Source of the DNA: a virus
Taxonomy: Duplodnaviria; Caudoviricetes
DNA: 64,000 nucleotides
Strand: one strand, 5' to 3'
Virus record (IMG/VR): IMGVR_UViG_3300042905_004154
Coordinates: 1,217 to 65,216 of that record
This document shows, piece after piece, positions 49,178-58,800 of the stretch. The notes under the pieces were generated by a model that did no database searches, was not told where the DNA came from, and was given only the letters and a program-made list of their open reading frames with translations. Every line of letters starts with the position of its first letter. Position 1 is the first letter of the stretch. The position numbers were made by a program, and so were the translations under genes.

Positions 49178-50254
49178 CTACGGGATGCGCGTGCCGCCGA
49201 TGACGGCCTGCGTGTTGAAGCGGAGGCAGATCGGACCCATGTCGATCACCATCTTGCCGAGCAGCGCATCCTGGTTCGGGATGTCGTCGCGGAACTCGGG
49301 GGTGACGGCCATCTTGTAGTAGGGCACTTCCCAGTCCTCGGAGTTCACGAAGTACACCACGCCGCCGGTGATGTCCGACGTGGAGTAGCCGCTCGCACCG
49401 CTGAACGAGGCGTTCGTCGGGTCGAGGTTGATGCTGTTGTAGACCTTCGCCTTCTTGTACGGCAGGAAGGAGCGCGTCTCGGCGCCGAACACCGGCTTGT
49501 CGGTGTCGGTGATCCGCACGCTGTCGGACGAGAACGACACCATGTTCTGGTAGCTCAGGTCGTCGGCGAACCCGAGGTCAGGACCGGTGGTCGTGTACGC
49601 GGCGGCGCGGTCGTAGGCCTTGCCGATCTGGGTCATGCCATCCGACGCGAAGCTGGTCACCAGCCCGTACTGGTTGACGTTGCTGATCGCGTTGCTCTTG
49701 GCCACGCCCTGCACGGTTTCGGTCTGCGAGGCCGGGGCCGTGAAGTCGAGCAGCCCGTTGGCAGCGCCCGAGTAGTTGCCGTTCAGGGTGGCGCTGCCGT
49801 CGAAGCCGGGGGTGTCGATGACCGACACGGCGGCGTCGCGGTAGGCGGCAGTGAGCAGCCAGTACTCCCAGTCGAGCCAGTACTCCTTGACCGTCATCTC
49901 GGGGTACATCTTGATCAGCTTGATCACGCCCTGCTTCCCCTGGTTCCGGTCGGCTTCGACCTGAGGGATGTAGATCGGGATGAAGTGGCGGGTGCTGACG
50001 ATCTGGAACTTGCGGGTCTGCGAGATGCGCTGGATGTTCGCGACCTCGTCCCCATTGTTGATCCGGATGCCCTTGGCGGGGGAGCCACCGGCGAACGACC
50101 GCTCGATGTAGGTGCCGCCGACGGACTCCTTGTTGACCTTCTTCATCTGGATGAGCTTGCTCATCAGGGGAAGCGACTGCGCGTGGTTGAGAACGAGGTC
50201 GCTGCCGAGGTCGGCGAGGGTGGTGTTGAGCAGTTCGGTCGTGGGCTGAGCCAT
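49178..50254 (-). CDS. Major capsid protein (HK97 fold, putative)
   Basis: ~358 aa; after scaffold; GGTYIE and VYFVNS...PNQDA motifs; strong codon bias. Confidence 0.75.
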   Translation of the reverse strand: MAQPTTELLNTTLADLGSDLVLNHAQSLPLMSKLIQMKKVNKESVGGTYIERSFAGGSPAKGIRINNGDEVANIQRISQTRKFQIVSTRHFIPIYIPQVEADRNQGKQGVIKLIKMYPEMTVKEYWLDWEYWLLTAAYRDAAVSVIDTPGFDGSATLNGNYSGAANGLLDFTAPASQTETVQGVAKSNAISNVNQYGLVTSFASDGMTQIGKAYDRAAAYTTTGPDLGFADDLSYQNMVSFSSDSVRITDTDKPVFGAETRSFLPYKKAKVYNSINLDPTNASFSGASGYSTSDITGGVVYFVNSEDWEVPYYKMAVTPEFRDDIPNQDALLGKMVIDMGPICLRFNTQAVIGGTRIP

Positions 50255-50461
50255 TTGATCCCCTTGGAAGTTGCCCCGAACTAGCAAGATTCGGCGAGGA
50301 CCGTCTGTGTCTCATGGGAACCCATGAACCGGTAGGCGCACCTTGAGGGGTGCTGACAAGAGCGAGTCGTTCGCCTCATCGTCGCCTACCTTGGTTCCTT
50401 CCTGCGCTCCCGGTTAGGGGCTACGCTCTCTGGTTCGCAAGGCTCGATTCGAGTTGTCCGT

Positions 50462-50506
50462 ACTGTATGTTGACCCGCTACAGGCTGTCAATACTTCCGG
50501 GTCAAC
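50462..50506 (-). promoter_or_regulatory. Capsid-gene promoter within a 9-bp inverted repeat
   Basis: TTGACA-18-TACAGT; GTTGACCCG (50469-50477) / CGGGTCAAC (50498-50506). Confidence 0.55.
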
Positions 50507-50512
50507 TTTTTT

Positions 50513-51412
50513 CTACCCGCGCCCCAACGTCTGCGCGGCCCGGTTCACCGCCCACTCGAGCCGCTGGTCCATCGTCATTCCAGCCGGCGCCACCGTCGAT
50601 GCGTGCGGGCCGTCCCCCGCTGCGGCGTTCAGTGCGGCCGCGGGAACCTTCGGTGCCTTCGGGACGAACTTCTCGCGGACATACGCCGCGGCCTCGGCCT
50701 CATCCTCGTTGGCCTGGATCAGCCGCTCGAAGCGCTCGGCCGCCGTCTCGTTCGCGAGAATGTCCGCGTAGGTGGTCCGCAACCGCTGCGCTTCCTGTTC
50801 GACCGCAGCCTCATACGCCGCCGCGGCCTGCTTCTTCGATGTCTCCCGGTAGGTGCGGAGCTCACCCAGCTCGCCCTCCAGCGCCTGCTTCTCGCGCTGG
50901 TACTCGGCCTCGCGCGCGGCCATCTTCGCCTCGAAGTGCTCCTGCGCCGCCTTGCCGTCCTCGTTGCCGAACAGGTCCGCGAGCAGGGCTGCGTCGTCGC
51001 GCAGCCTCCGCACCTCGGCAGCGTGCGCCGCCTTCAGCGTGGCCATCTCGGCGCTGACCTTCGCCGCCTCGGCCGCCGCGGTCTTCCGGAACTCGGCCAC
51101 CTCCTGAAACTTCTTGCCGTAGCCGCTCTCCCATGTGGCGTGTTTGGCGCGCAGGCCTTCCCGCACGACGCTCTGAGCGTCCGGGGGCAGCGTGGAGAAC
51201 CACGACTGCGTGGCGATCTGCTCGAGTTCACCCGACCACGCCGGAGCGGCGTTCGATCCTTCGCTGGACGGTGCCGGGTCGGGGGCCGGCTCGGCAGCGG
51301 GCGTTTCAACCTGAACGTCGGCCGACGCCTCCGCCACGGGCTCGGCAGCGGGTTCTCCGCCACCGTCGCCGCCAGAGGCCTCTTGGCTGTAGAGGAAGGA
51401 TCGAACGCGCAT
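50513..51412 (-). CDS. Capsid scaffolding protein
   Basis: Acidic Pro-rich N-terminus; LPPDAQ...YGKKFQEVAE coiled coil; before the MCP. Confidence 0.7.
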   Translation of the reverse strand: MRVRSFLYSQEASGGDGGGEPAAEPVAEASADVQVETPAAEPAPDPAPSSEGSNAAPAWSGELEQIATQSWFSTLPPDAQSVVREGLRAKHATWESGYGKKFQEVAEFRKTAAAEAAKVSAEMATLKAAHAAEVRRLRDDAALLADLFGNEDGKAAQEHFEAKMAAREAEYQREKQALEGELGELRTYRETSKKQAAAAYEAAVEQEAQRLRTTYADILANETAAERFERLIQANEDEAEAAAYVREKFVPKAPKVPAAALNAAAGDGPHASTVAPAGMTMDQRLEWAVNRAAQTLGRG

Positions 51413-51414
51413 GA

Positions 51415-51870
51415 CTACTCCTGGGGTGCCTTGCCCATGACGGCGCTCGGCTCACCTTCAGACGCGATGGCCCCCATGGGGAACTTCCCGCCTTTGGTGC
51501 ATTCCGTGCGCTCCTCAGGGCTCATCTTGTTCCACACGTCGGTCATCTTCTTGAGGTTCTCGGGGCCGACGAGCCCCTTGTCGGCGGCGGACATCTCGGC
51601 TGGGTCGCCGAAGTTGTGGAGCAGGCGGAGCACGCGCTCCTTCTCGGGGCCCGTGACCTCCCCCTTGCCCTCGCCCTCCTCGACGCCCTCCTCCTCCACG
51701 ACGGCCTCTTCCTTGCCGGCCATCTCGTCCAGCTTGGCGGCCTCGCTCATGATCTCAGCGGCGAGGTCGGTGCCCTCTTCTTCCTTGGGCTCCCCTTCCT
51801 CCTTGCGGCGCATCGCGCCGGGGAAGTGGTCCTTCATCATCTGCTTCATTTCGGGGTCGGACTTGAACAT
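51415..51870 (-). CDS. Acidic hypothetical protein
   Basis: E/K/M-rich ORF with GGAG RBS. Confidence 0.55.
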   Translation of the reverse strand: MFKSDPEMKQMMKDHFPGAMRRKEEGEPKEEEGTDLAAEIMSEAAKLDEMAGKEEAVVEEEGVEEGEGKGEVTGPEKERVLRLLHNFGDPAEMSAADKGLVGPENLKKMTDVWNKMSPEERTECTKGGKFPMGAIASEGEPSAVMGKAPQE

Positions 51871-51892
51871 GGGAACTCCGTAGAGGTGAGGG

Positions 51893-52282
51893 TCAGAGCC
51901 GGCTTCGTTCGATCTGCTCGGCAATGTGGTGCATACCACGGCGGCGAGCCTGCGCGATGTTCGCGTGCTTCGTCTCCTCCATTCTGGCCTTCCTCGCTCG
52001 AGGGGAGTCGCCCTCCGTCATGCCGTTGAGGTCTTCGTCGTGGTTGTGCTTCCAGTCGCGGCAGATGCCGGCCCACGCCTCGCGGGTGTCGTACCGAACC
52101 CCTCCGAAGGTCACGGGCACGAAGGCGTCCGCCTTGCGCCCCTGCTCCCCGCTCATCAACTGCTGGGCCCCGTAGTAGGTCGCCGTCGCGCCGCCGCACC
52201 GGCATCGGAAGTCGTCGCCGCAGTACTCATCGAGGTAGATCGAACCGCACGTCACGCAGCGCAGATCACGGAGCCGGTTCAC
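51893..52282 (-). CDS. Zinc-ribbon protein
   Basis: CVTCG...CRCGG. Confidence 0.55.
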   Translation of the reverse strand: MNRLRDLRCVTCGSIYLDEYCGDDFRCRCGGATATYYGAQQLMSGEQGRKADAFVPVTFGGVRYDTREAWAGICRDWKHNHDEDLNGMTEGDSPRARKARMEETKHANIAQARRRGMHHIAEQIERSRL

Positions 52283-52959
52283 GACCGACCCGCCGCGAGG
52301 ATGGCCTCGGCGCGCCGGCGCGCCTTCTCGAATGGGTCGACCACCGGCGCGGCGGCCGCTGGTGGGGCGAGGAGCGGCGGAGCCTTGGCTGCGGCCTCGC
52401 GCTCCATCTTCTGGCGCACCTTCCAGTGCAACTTCTTCTCGGGCTCGGCCGCGGTTGCGGGCTCAGGAGCGGGCTCAGGAGCGACGACCACCGGCTCGAC
52501 GTGCTCGACGGTCGCGACGGGCTCGCTCCCCCCGTAGACCACTCGGTTCACCAGGTCCACGAGGTGCGCGTACTGGACGTGGGTGCCGAACGCATCGGGG
52601 CGCTTCGTGGCCCACACGCGGGCCGCGCGAATCACCTCCGCGAGCGCCCACCGCTGCGCGTCCGCCTGCGGGTTGTACTTCTTCCGGCGCGGGCTCCGGT
52701 AGTGGTCCCACGCCATCCGGTGGATGGCGACCAGCACGTCGTCGGGGGGCACGGTGCCGTGGGCCTCGCGCAGGTTGCCGACCGCGTTCGTCACCATCCC
52801 GAGGATCACCTCGTCGCTGCGGATGTCCTTCGGCATCGGGGCGTAGGGACGCCCCAGAACGCCCACCGCCCGGTAGAGGGCCACGGGGCCGGCAGACGAG
52901 AACGACTGCGGGGGAGGCGGCCGGTTGCTCTCCGGCAAGATGGTGTACTGGACGGTCAT
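52279..52959 (-). CDS. Hypothetical protein
   Basis: ATGA-coupled to portal; AGGAG RBS. Confidence 0.55.
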   Translation of the reverse strand: MTVQYTILPESNRPPPPQSFSSAGPVALYRAVGVLGRPYAPMPKDIRSDEVILGMVTNAVGNLREAHGTVPPDDVLVAIHRMAWDHYRSPRRKKYNPQADAQRWALAEVIRAARVWATKRPDAFGTHVQYAHLVDLVNRVVYGGSEPVATVEHVEPVVVAPEPAPEPATAAEPEKKLHWKVRQKMEREAAAKAPPLLAPPAAAAPVVDPFEKARRRAEAILAAGRS

Positions 52960-54584
52960 GCTCCTGCTCCTTGGGCGGCGTTGAGGAGGGCCACGGCCTG
53001 AGGCGGCAGCGACTCGGGGGGCCCGGCGGTGACTTCCTGCGTGGGCGTCTCCGGGTCCACCGGAGCCTCTGCGGGAGGAGGAGGCTGCGGCGCCATCTGC
53101 GCGGCCGCAGCCTGTGCCATCTGCTCGCGCTCCTCCTCCGAGTAGAGCACCCGTGGCGACATCCCCATCACGTCCACGAACTCCTTGTCGACCTCGTTCT
53201 GCTTGAACGACTCGGGGCGCCCCGACATGATCGGGTACGCCTGCAGGAACCGCTCGCGCAGCACCTCCCGGTTCATCGCCATCGGCGAGTAGGCCATCAT
53301 GTTCAAGTCCCAGACATCCGGCCAGTCGGTGTAGGTGTGGCGCCCGAGTTCGATCGCCTTCCGGGCAGCGTCTTCCCACGCCGAGTTGAAGCGGCTCACC
53401 CGGTGCTGCAGGCGCGTCTTGTCCTTGCTCTCGATCACCGCGAGCTCGGTCGCCGTCTTCGCGCCCACCACCTGGCCGCGCGCCATGTCCGACATCGCCG
53501 TGATGAAGGAGACGATCTGCTCGAGCTTCTGCATGAACTCGATGATGTTCGGCGGCACCTGGTTGACGGGGAGCTGCTGGATCGCCGACAGCGGGGGCTG
53601 GCCGTTGGTCTTCACTGCCACGAACGAGCCGGGAGCGGCACGGGCGATCTTCGTCACCTCGTTCTCGTCAATCCGGGTGGAGTCGTACACGGTGATCGGC
53701 ACCTGCCGGCGGATGATCTCCGCCCAGTACACGAGCAGGCGGTTGATCGCTGCGACCGTGTCCTCGACCAGCGTGACCTCCGACAGCCCCCGGTTGTCCT
53801 GCCCGTTGAGGTTGAGGTTGTAGATGCTGTAGGGGTTGTAGTAGTTCTCGTCCTTCCACTCGCACAGAGGCTCGTCCACCCCTTCGATCCAGTGGGTGAC
53901 GATGCGGTTCGCGGTGTCGACCACCTCGTAGATGGGAACCCACTGCTGCCCCGAGGTCTTCGACGCGGGGCCGCTGAGCCACTTCGGGTACGCGGTCGCG
54001 AAGCGTTCCACGTCGTTGACCGTGTCGGGCAACTTGTAGACCGCCGCCTTGCTGCCCACCCTACGGAGCCGCTTTCGGAACGCCGTGATCGTCATCGGGC
54101 AGAACTCGATGAAGTAGCCGATGTCGCAGGGCCGGCGAACGGCGAGGTCGAAGTACACGCGCCGGGGGTCCACCGCACGAATCTGCGGAAACCCGTTGGC
54201 GGAAGGCGTCGTCTTCAGGATGCTGCGACCGGTGAGCATCGCGTCGACCATCGACAAGCAGGCCTCGCCCCGCCAGTCTCCGAGCCGACCCGCACGGGTG
54301 AGGAAGTCCTCCCAGACCGTCGCCGGCGTCTCCGCCTTCTCGTAGACCGTGAACGCGAGCTGGGTCGGCACCGTCGCCGCGGTGGCCGTCTCGATCACCG
54401 CGAACAGAAGGTTGTAGGTGACGAGCTTCAGGACGCCATCCTTGGCGGCGCCCCGCTCCTCCGCGCCCCAACTGTCGCCCCGGTACATCTTGTGGGCCTT
54501 CTCGACCTTCGCCTCTTCGTCGTTGGAGTACGACTCGCGGTGCTTCTGCACCACTTCCATCCAGTTCGGTCCGTCCCACGCCAT
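52956..54584 (-). CDS. Portal protein
   Basis: 542 aa; YNLLFAVIET, VDPRRVYFD, KTATELA motifs; between TerL and scaffold. Confidence 0.8.
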   Translation of the reverse strand: MAWDGPNWMEVVQKHRESYSNDEEAKVEKAHKMYRGDSWGAEERGAAKDGVLKLVTYNLLFAVIETATAATVPTQLAFTVYEKAETPATVWEDFLTRAGRLGDWRGEACLSMVDAMLTGRSILKTTPSANGFPQIRAVDPRRVYFDLAVRRPCDIGYFIEFCPMTITAFRKRLRRVGSKAAVYKLPDTVNDVERFATAYPKWLSGPASKTSGQQWVPIYEVVDTANRIVTHWIEGVDEPLCEWKDENYYNPYSIYNLNLNGQDNRGLSEVTLVEDTVAAINRLLVYWAEIIRRQVPITVYDSTRIDENEVTKIARAAPGSFVAVKTNGQPPLSAIQQLPVNQVPPNIIEFMQKLEQIVSFITAMSDMARGQVVGAKTATELAVIESKDKTRLQHRVSRFNSAWEDAARKAIELGRHTYTDWPDVWDLNMMAYSPMAMNREVLRERFLQAYPIMSGRPESFKQNEVDKEFVDVMGMSPRVLYSEEEREQMAQAAAAQMAPQPPPPAEAPVDPETPTQEVTAGPPESLPPQAVALLNAAQGAGA

Positions 54585-54585
54585 G

Positions 54586-55005
54586 TCAGGCCCCCACTCG
54601 TTCGGCCGATTCTACTCGCTTGATGGCCTCCGCGGGCGAAATCCCTGCGGGAAGGCGCGGACCGCCCAGCCGCATGCGCTCGTCGCCGACGACGATCTGC
54701 GTGCAAGAGCCCGTCATCGCGCCGTTCCGGAGCAGCAGGAACATGCAGACGTAGCGCGACTCCGCGGTCGCCGGCCCGCCCCTGCCGTCGGTCACCACCC
54801 TGACCCACCGCGCATCCATCTCGGGCATCTCGCCCGTCGAGCACTGCATCCCCCTCGTCCGCGCGTAAGCCACCAGCGGGTGCTCTTCCGCGAGGCGCAG
54901 CACGAGGTCGCCCACCTCCCTCGTCACATCCACGCCTCGAGCGCGGGCGGCGCGGTGCGCCTCGTGAACGCGGGGCGGCAGGCGAAAGCGAAGCGGATGG
55001 TTCAT
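54586..55005 (-). CDS. Hypothetical protein with RHH-like N-terminus
   Basis: LRFRLPPRVHE...VDVTREV; TTGACA-18-TACATC just upstream. Confidence 0.5.
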   Translation of the reverse strand: MNHPLRFRLPPRVHEAHRAARARGVDVTREVGDLVLRLAEEHPLVAYARTRGMQCSTGEMPEMDARWVRVVTDGRGGPATAESRYVCMFLLLRNGAMTGSCTQIVVGDERMRLGGPRLPAGISPAEAIKRVESAERVGA

Positions 55006-55085
55006 TCGCAGAAGATGTAGCCCAATGTGTGCCTCATTGTCAAACCCGCCAACAGATTGTCCGATCGTGGGCTACACTGTGGCCC

Positions 55086-55388
55086 ATGCTCATCCTCCTC
55101 CTTGCCTGCCTCACCCCCGACTCCTACCTCGCGGAGTCGAGCCGCATCTACTGCGAGAACGCCTCCCGCTGCGCGGAGGTGTGGGGCGACTCCTCGGTCG
55201 AAACCGACGTGGCCGTCTGCATGGAGAAGTGGGACGCCGTCCACCCCACGGTCTGCAGGTCCACCCACTTCGACGCCGAGAGCGCCCAGTCCTGCCTCGA
55301 CTACCTCAAGGGGATCGACTGCGAGGAGTACTACGCCCTCGACGCCAACGCGGGCTGCGCGGATGTCTGCCTGGCCATCGAGGACTGA
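55086..55388 (+). CDS. Cys-rich lipoprotein (moron-like)
   Basis: MLILLLAC lipobox, multiple further Cys, acidic; TACACT 7 nt before ATG; opposite strand to packaging genes. Confidence 0.7.
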   Translation: MLILLLACLTPDSYLAESSRIYCENASRCAEVWGDSSVETDVAVCMEKWDAVHPTVCRSTHFDAESAQSCLDYLKGIDCEEYYALDANAGCADVCLAIED

Positions 55389-55427
55389 CGGACGGCTACT
55401 GACGGACGGCTACTGACGGACGGCTAC
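55384..55427. repeat. 3 x 14-bp tandem repeat ACTGACGGACGGCT
   Basis: Exact copies at 55384, 55398 and 55412 between convergent stop codons. Confidence 0.9.
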
Positions 55428-57706
55428 AGCCCCGACTGCCGAATCGTCGGCTTCAACAGCCACGACACCGGCAGTTCGATGTTCACGATCGGACCCGGCG
55501 CCGGCGCCTTCGGCCTCAGGCGGTTCAGCCGCTCGATCATGTCCGCCGCCATGATGTAGGGCAGCACCCTCGCGTTCCCAGCGTTCACCGGCACGTCCGG
55601 GTTGCCGTCCCACGCGAGGAGGTGCTGCCGGCCCTCCCGGCTGCGAACCTCCATCACCTCGGTCGTCAACAGCCGAGACAGCGAGGCCACGGCTCGCTCC
55701 GTGTCCGACGTGTTCCGCCACCACCCCGGCCGCATCCGCACGTTGTCCGAGTCCTGCCACACCCTCGAGTACCCAGTGCGGGTCGCCTCATCCACCGTGC
55801 CAGGCGCTCCGTTGTGGATCACAAGGAACGCATCGTTGAACCTCGACGCCACCGCCACAAGAACATGCGCCCACTCCCGCACGTCGCACGTCCCCATCCA
55901 CGACCCCACCTCCTCCGCGGTGTCCGCCCGGAACAAGGTCCACGAGCAGTGCGCGCCCGTCGCCGGGTTCGGCCCCGCGCACAGAACGTAGGGCACCCCG
56001 TTGGTCGCACGGAACCACTCCCCGTCCTCCGGCTGCACCATCGGCCCGTCACCCACCAGCACGCTCGTCGCCGTCATCCACTGCGGGTCCACGATGCCGC
56101 CCATGCCCCACTGCGCCCCCATCAGCGCCGCAGCGTCGACATCGTCGTCGTCCGTGCCGTTCGCACGCATGTGGAGCCACGACTGCTTCACCTCGCGTAC
56201 CCACGGCGCCACGTCCTCCGACGGCAACACGATGTTGCACCCCAAGATCAACGGCTGCAGCGCCACACGAGCTCGCTCGATCTTCGAGCGCACCCCCGTC
56301 GGCACCAGCACGATGCCGGGAATCTCCGACTGCAGGTCCGACCGGATCATCGGCCCCGCCGCCGCCTTCTCCACCCGAATCCGCCTCGTCGCTGGCCACT
56401 TGTTCTTCATCCACCGGAGCGCCGCCTTCATCTCGACGTAGTTCATCCGCCGGCAGTCCCGGTCGAGCAGGTAGAACTTCGCGGGGCCAGCTCGACCCCA
56501 GCAGTGAATCGCCACCCGGTCCGCGTTCTCCGTCGAGTCGAAGGTGAAGTCCGCCGTGATCATCAACTCGTCGCACGACCGGCCCACCTTCTGCGCGTCG
56601 TCGTCGTAGGACTCCAAGGCCGACAACTGCGCCTCGGTCACGAACTCGCTCGAGGCCCGCCGCGGCCGCTGGTTGTACTGCGCCTCGTACTGCGCGAGCC
56701 CAAGGTCGCGAACGGCGTCCGCCCTCGTCGCGTCCGTCTGCAGCAGTTTCGTCACCCGCAGGCCCGTCGCCGGGTCGATGTACCACCCGACCAGCACCTC
56801 GCCCGCCACCGTCCGAGGGTCTTCCGGCTGCTGGTACACCGGGTGCGCCGGGTCGTACTCCATCGGAATGCACACGATCTTCCACTTCCCGTCCCGAATC
56901 GCCGTCCCCATCGGGTCGTCAGGGTCGAGGCGCTGCGCCACCATCGTGCGCGTGCTCAACTCCCGGTCGTTCACGCGCGTCGTGTAGAGATACCGCGCCT
57001 TCACGTCCAAATCCTTCATGTTCGCCGCGATCGAAGCCGGAGAACCGCCCCGAATCTTCTCAAAGTCGACCGGGTCGTCAATCGTCAGGTCGTCGCCTCG
57101 CTCGCCCGTCGACCCCGCACCCATCGGCATGCACTGGCGGCTCCCGAGCTGGTCGTTCGCGAAGTTCTCCTTCACGTCCTGGTCCTTCGCGAAGTCCCAC
57201 CGAGGGTAGCGGTGGAGCGACGACCCCTTCGGCTGCTTCTTCCCCACCTCGTGAAGGAACCGCACGATGTTCCGGTAGCCGCACCGGTACTCCGCCCCAG
57301 GTTCAGGCGGCTCCCACCCGTCGCTCTTCAGAATGAGCCTCGTGAACCGGCTGTCCCGGCTCGCCACGCTGTCAGAGGTCGAAACGTACAGCATCCGCGT
57401 CGTCGGGCGCCGCAACATCAGCCACGCCGACTTCAGCACGCTCAGCATTCGCGATTTTGCGGTGCCGGGCGGCTGCATCACGAGCAACCACCGGTACTCA
57501 GGGTCGCCCTCCTGCTGCTTCTGGACGTAGTCGCAGATCACGTCCATCCACCAGCCCCAAATCAAGGGCTTCGACGGCTCAACCACATGCCAGAACGCCC
57601 GAACGAAGTACGAGAACGACTGGTAGCAGTCGATCATGTGCCCCGCCCTCGCAATCTCCAGCTCCGCCGCAGCCTCCGCCGCAGGATTCGGCTTCGCCGC
57701 CCTCAC
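55424..57706 (-). CDS. terL: Terminase large subunit
   Basis: QPPGTAKS Walker A; TGERGDDLTIDDP; VAQRL; ADFTF/VEKAAAG/DDDVDA nuclease; extra C-terminal domain. Confidence 0.9.
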   Translation of the reverse strand: MRAAKPNPAAEAAAELEIARAGHMIDCYQSFSYFVRAFWHVVEPSKPLIWGWWMDVICDYVQKQQEGDPEYRWLLVMQPPGTAKSRMLSVLKSAWLMLRRPTTRMLYVSTSDSVASRDSRFTRLILKSDGWEPPEPGAEYRCGYRNIVRFLHEVGKKQPKGSSLHRYPRWDFAKDQDVKENFANDQLGSRQCMPMGAGSTGERGDDLTIDDPVDFEKIRGGSPASIAANMKDLDVKARYLYTTRVNDRELSTRTMVAQRLDPDDPMGTAIRDGKWKIVCIPMEYDPAHPVYQQPEDPRTVAGEVLVGWYIDPATGLRVTKLLQTDATRADAVRDLGLAQYEAQYNQRPRRASSEFVTEAQLSALESYDDDAQKVGRSCDELMITADFTFDSTENADRVAIHCWGRAGPAKFYLLDRDCRRMNYVEMKAALRWMKNKWPATRRIRVEKAAAGPMIRSDLQSEIPGIVLVPTGVRSKIERARVALQPLILGCNIVLPSEDVAPWVREVKQSWLHMRANGTDDDDVDAAALMGAQWGMGGIVDPQWMTATSVLVGDGPMVQPEDGEWFRATNGVPYVLCAGPNPATGAHCSWTLFRADTAEEVGSWMGTCDVREWAHVLVAVASRFNDAFLVIHNGAPGTVDEATRTGYSRVWQDSDNVRMRPGWWRNTSDTERAVASLSRLLTTEVMEVRSREGRQHLLAWDGNPDVPVNAGNARVLPYIMAADMIERLNRLRPKAPAPGPIVNIELPVSWLLKPTIRQSGL

Positions 57707-58059
57707 TCCGCGCCCGCCGCCCGCGCAAGAACCACAAGGTGAGCTCGCACCTCCGGCCGAACCACCGCGTCGTCCATGTGCCGTAGCAAAGGCTCCCTCG
57801 AGAACCGCTCCACGAAGTCGAGCACCAGCGCATCCTCCAACTGCTGCATCTCCGCAACCAGCGCCGACCGGTCCTCCGTGCCACGCACGAGGTTCCGCAG
57901 GTTCGGCACCACCACGTCCGATGGCAGCGCCGCATCCATCAGCCGCGCCACAATGCTCGGCGGCGGACCCGCGGCCGCACAGTCGCACGACACGTCGCCA
58001 AGCCTCATCGACCCGCACGAGGGGCAGAAGGTGGGCATCACTGCTTCGATGGGGGTCAT
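57703..58059 (-). CDS. Hypothetical protein upstream of TerL (possible TerS)
   Basis: Position and GTGA coupling only; CPSC. Confidence 0.35.
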   Translation of the reverse strand: MTPIEAVMPTFCPSCGSMRLGDVSCDCAAAGPPPSIVARLMDAALPSDVVVPNLRNLVRGTEDRSALVAEMQQLEDALVLDFVERFSREPLLRHMDDAVVRPEVRAHLVVLARAAGAE

Positions 58060-58535
58060 GCGTGCTCCATGTGGGCCACAGGTATCACGACAACGCTCCG
58101 CCACGCGCGGACGAGGGCGAGGAGCGACAACTCCCCCGAGTCGCCATTCACGCCCACGGGGAAGCCATCCTTGGGCTCAAACGTCGCGTACCACTGGTGG
58201 TAGTAGCCCGCCTCCAAGGTCCACTCCTCGTTCGCGCCCTCCCAGTAGAAGCGGACACCCTCGGCTGCGGCTTTCTCGCTCGCCCCCAGCCGGATCGCCA
58301 GCCTCCGCACAAAGGCGGCGCGGGTGTCGGGGTTGTCCAACGCCACCGCGCACCGCTTGGCCGGCGCGCACGCCCCATCGCAGAAGAGCACCATGCCGTG
58401 CTCCGCGTCGTCGCAGATGCGCGTGAACGCGCTGTCGCCGTCGTAGAACAGCGCCCCCGCCCACACCGGAATCCCCCGCGCTTCTTCCTTCCAGTCAGCC
58501 ACCTTGAGCCTCCACAAGTAAGTAGCCCCCCTCAC
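58056..58535 (-). CDS. Hypothetical protein
   Basis: Coupled ORF in leftward accessory run. Confidence 0.5.
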   Translation of the reverse strand: MRGATYLWRLKVADWKEEARGIPVWAGALFYDGDSAFTRICDDAEHGMVLFCDGACAPAKRCAVALDNPDTRAAFVRRLAIRLGASEKAAAEGVRFYWEGANEEWTLEAGYYHQWYATFEPKDGFPVGVNGDSGELSLLALVRAWRSVVVIPVAHMEHA

Positions 58536-58800
58536 GAAGCCGGGCGTCGCACCATGCTTCGGCTTCGGCGCGAGATGCGAACGATGCAGACGGACAGATC
58601 GTCGTCCACCCGATCCACGTCCCTGCCGGCTCCGCGCACTCGTTCACCGACGCGCGATCCCACCCGGCAGACTGCCGACGGCTCGCGTGCTCCACGCGCT
58701 CCCACGCCCCCGCGATCTTCACCCCGCTCGTCAAAACCGCCCACAGCACCGCAGGCCGGCGCAGGACTTCGGCGAGGAGGTCGGGGTCAGACATCGTCAT
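58495..58800 (-). CDS. Hypothetical protein
   Basis: Coupled ORF; FASRAEAEAWCD. Confidence 0.45.
   Translation of the reverse strand: MTMSDPDLLAEVLRRPAVLWAVLTSGVKIAGAWERVEHASRRQSAGWDRASVNECAEPAGTWIGWTTICPSASFASRAEAEAWCDARLREGGYLLVEAQGG

Noticed and set aside
55384-55427. Possible mini-CRISPR array
   Set aside because: Contiguous 14-bp tandem units with no spacers and no cas genes
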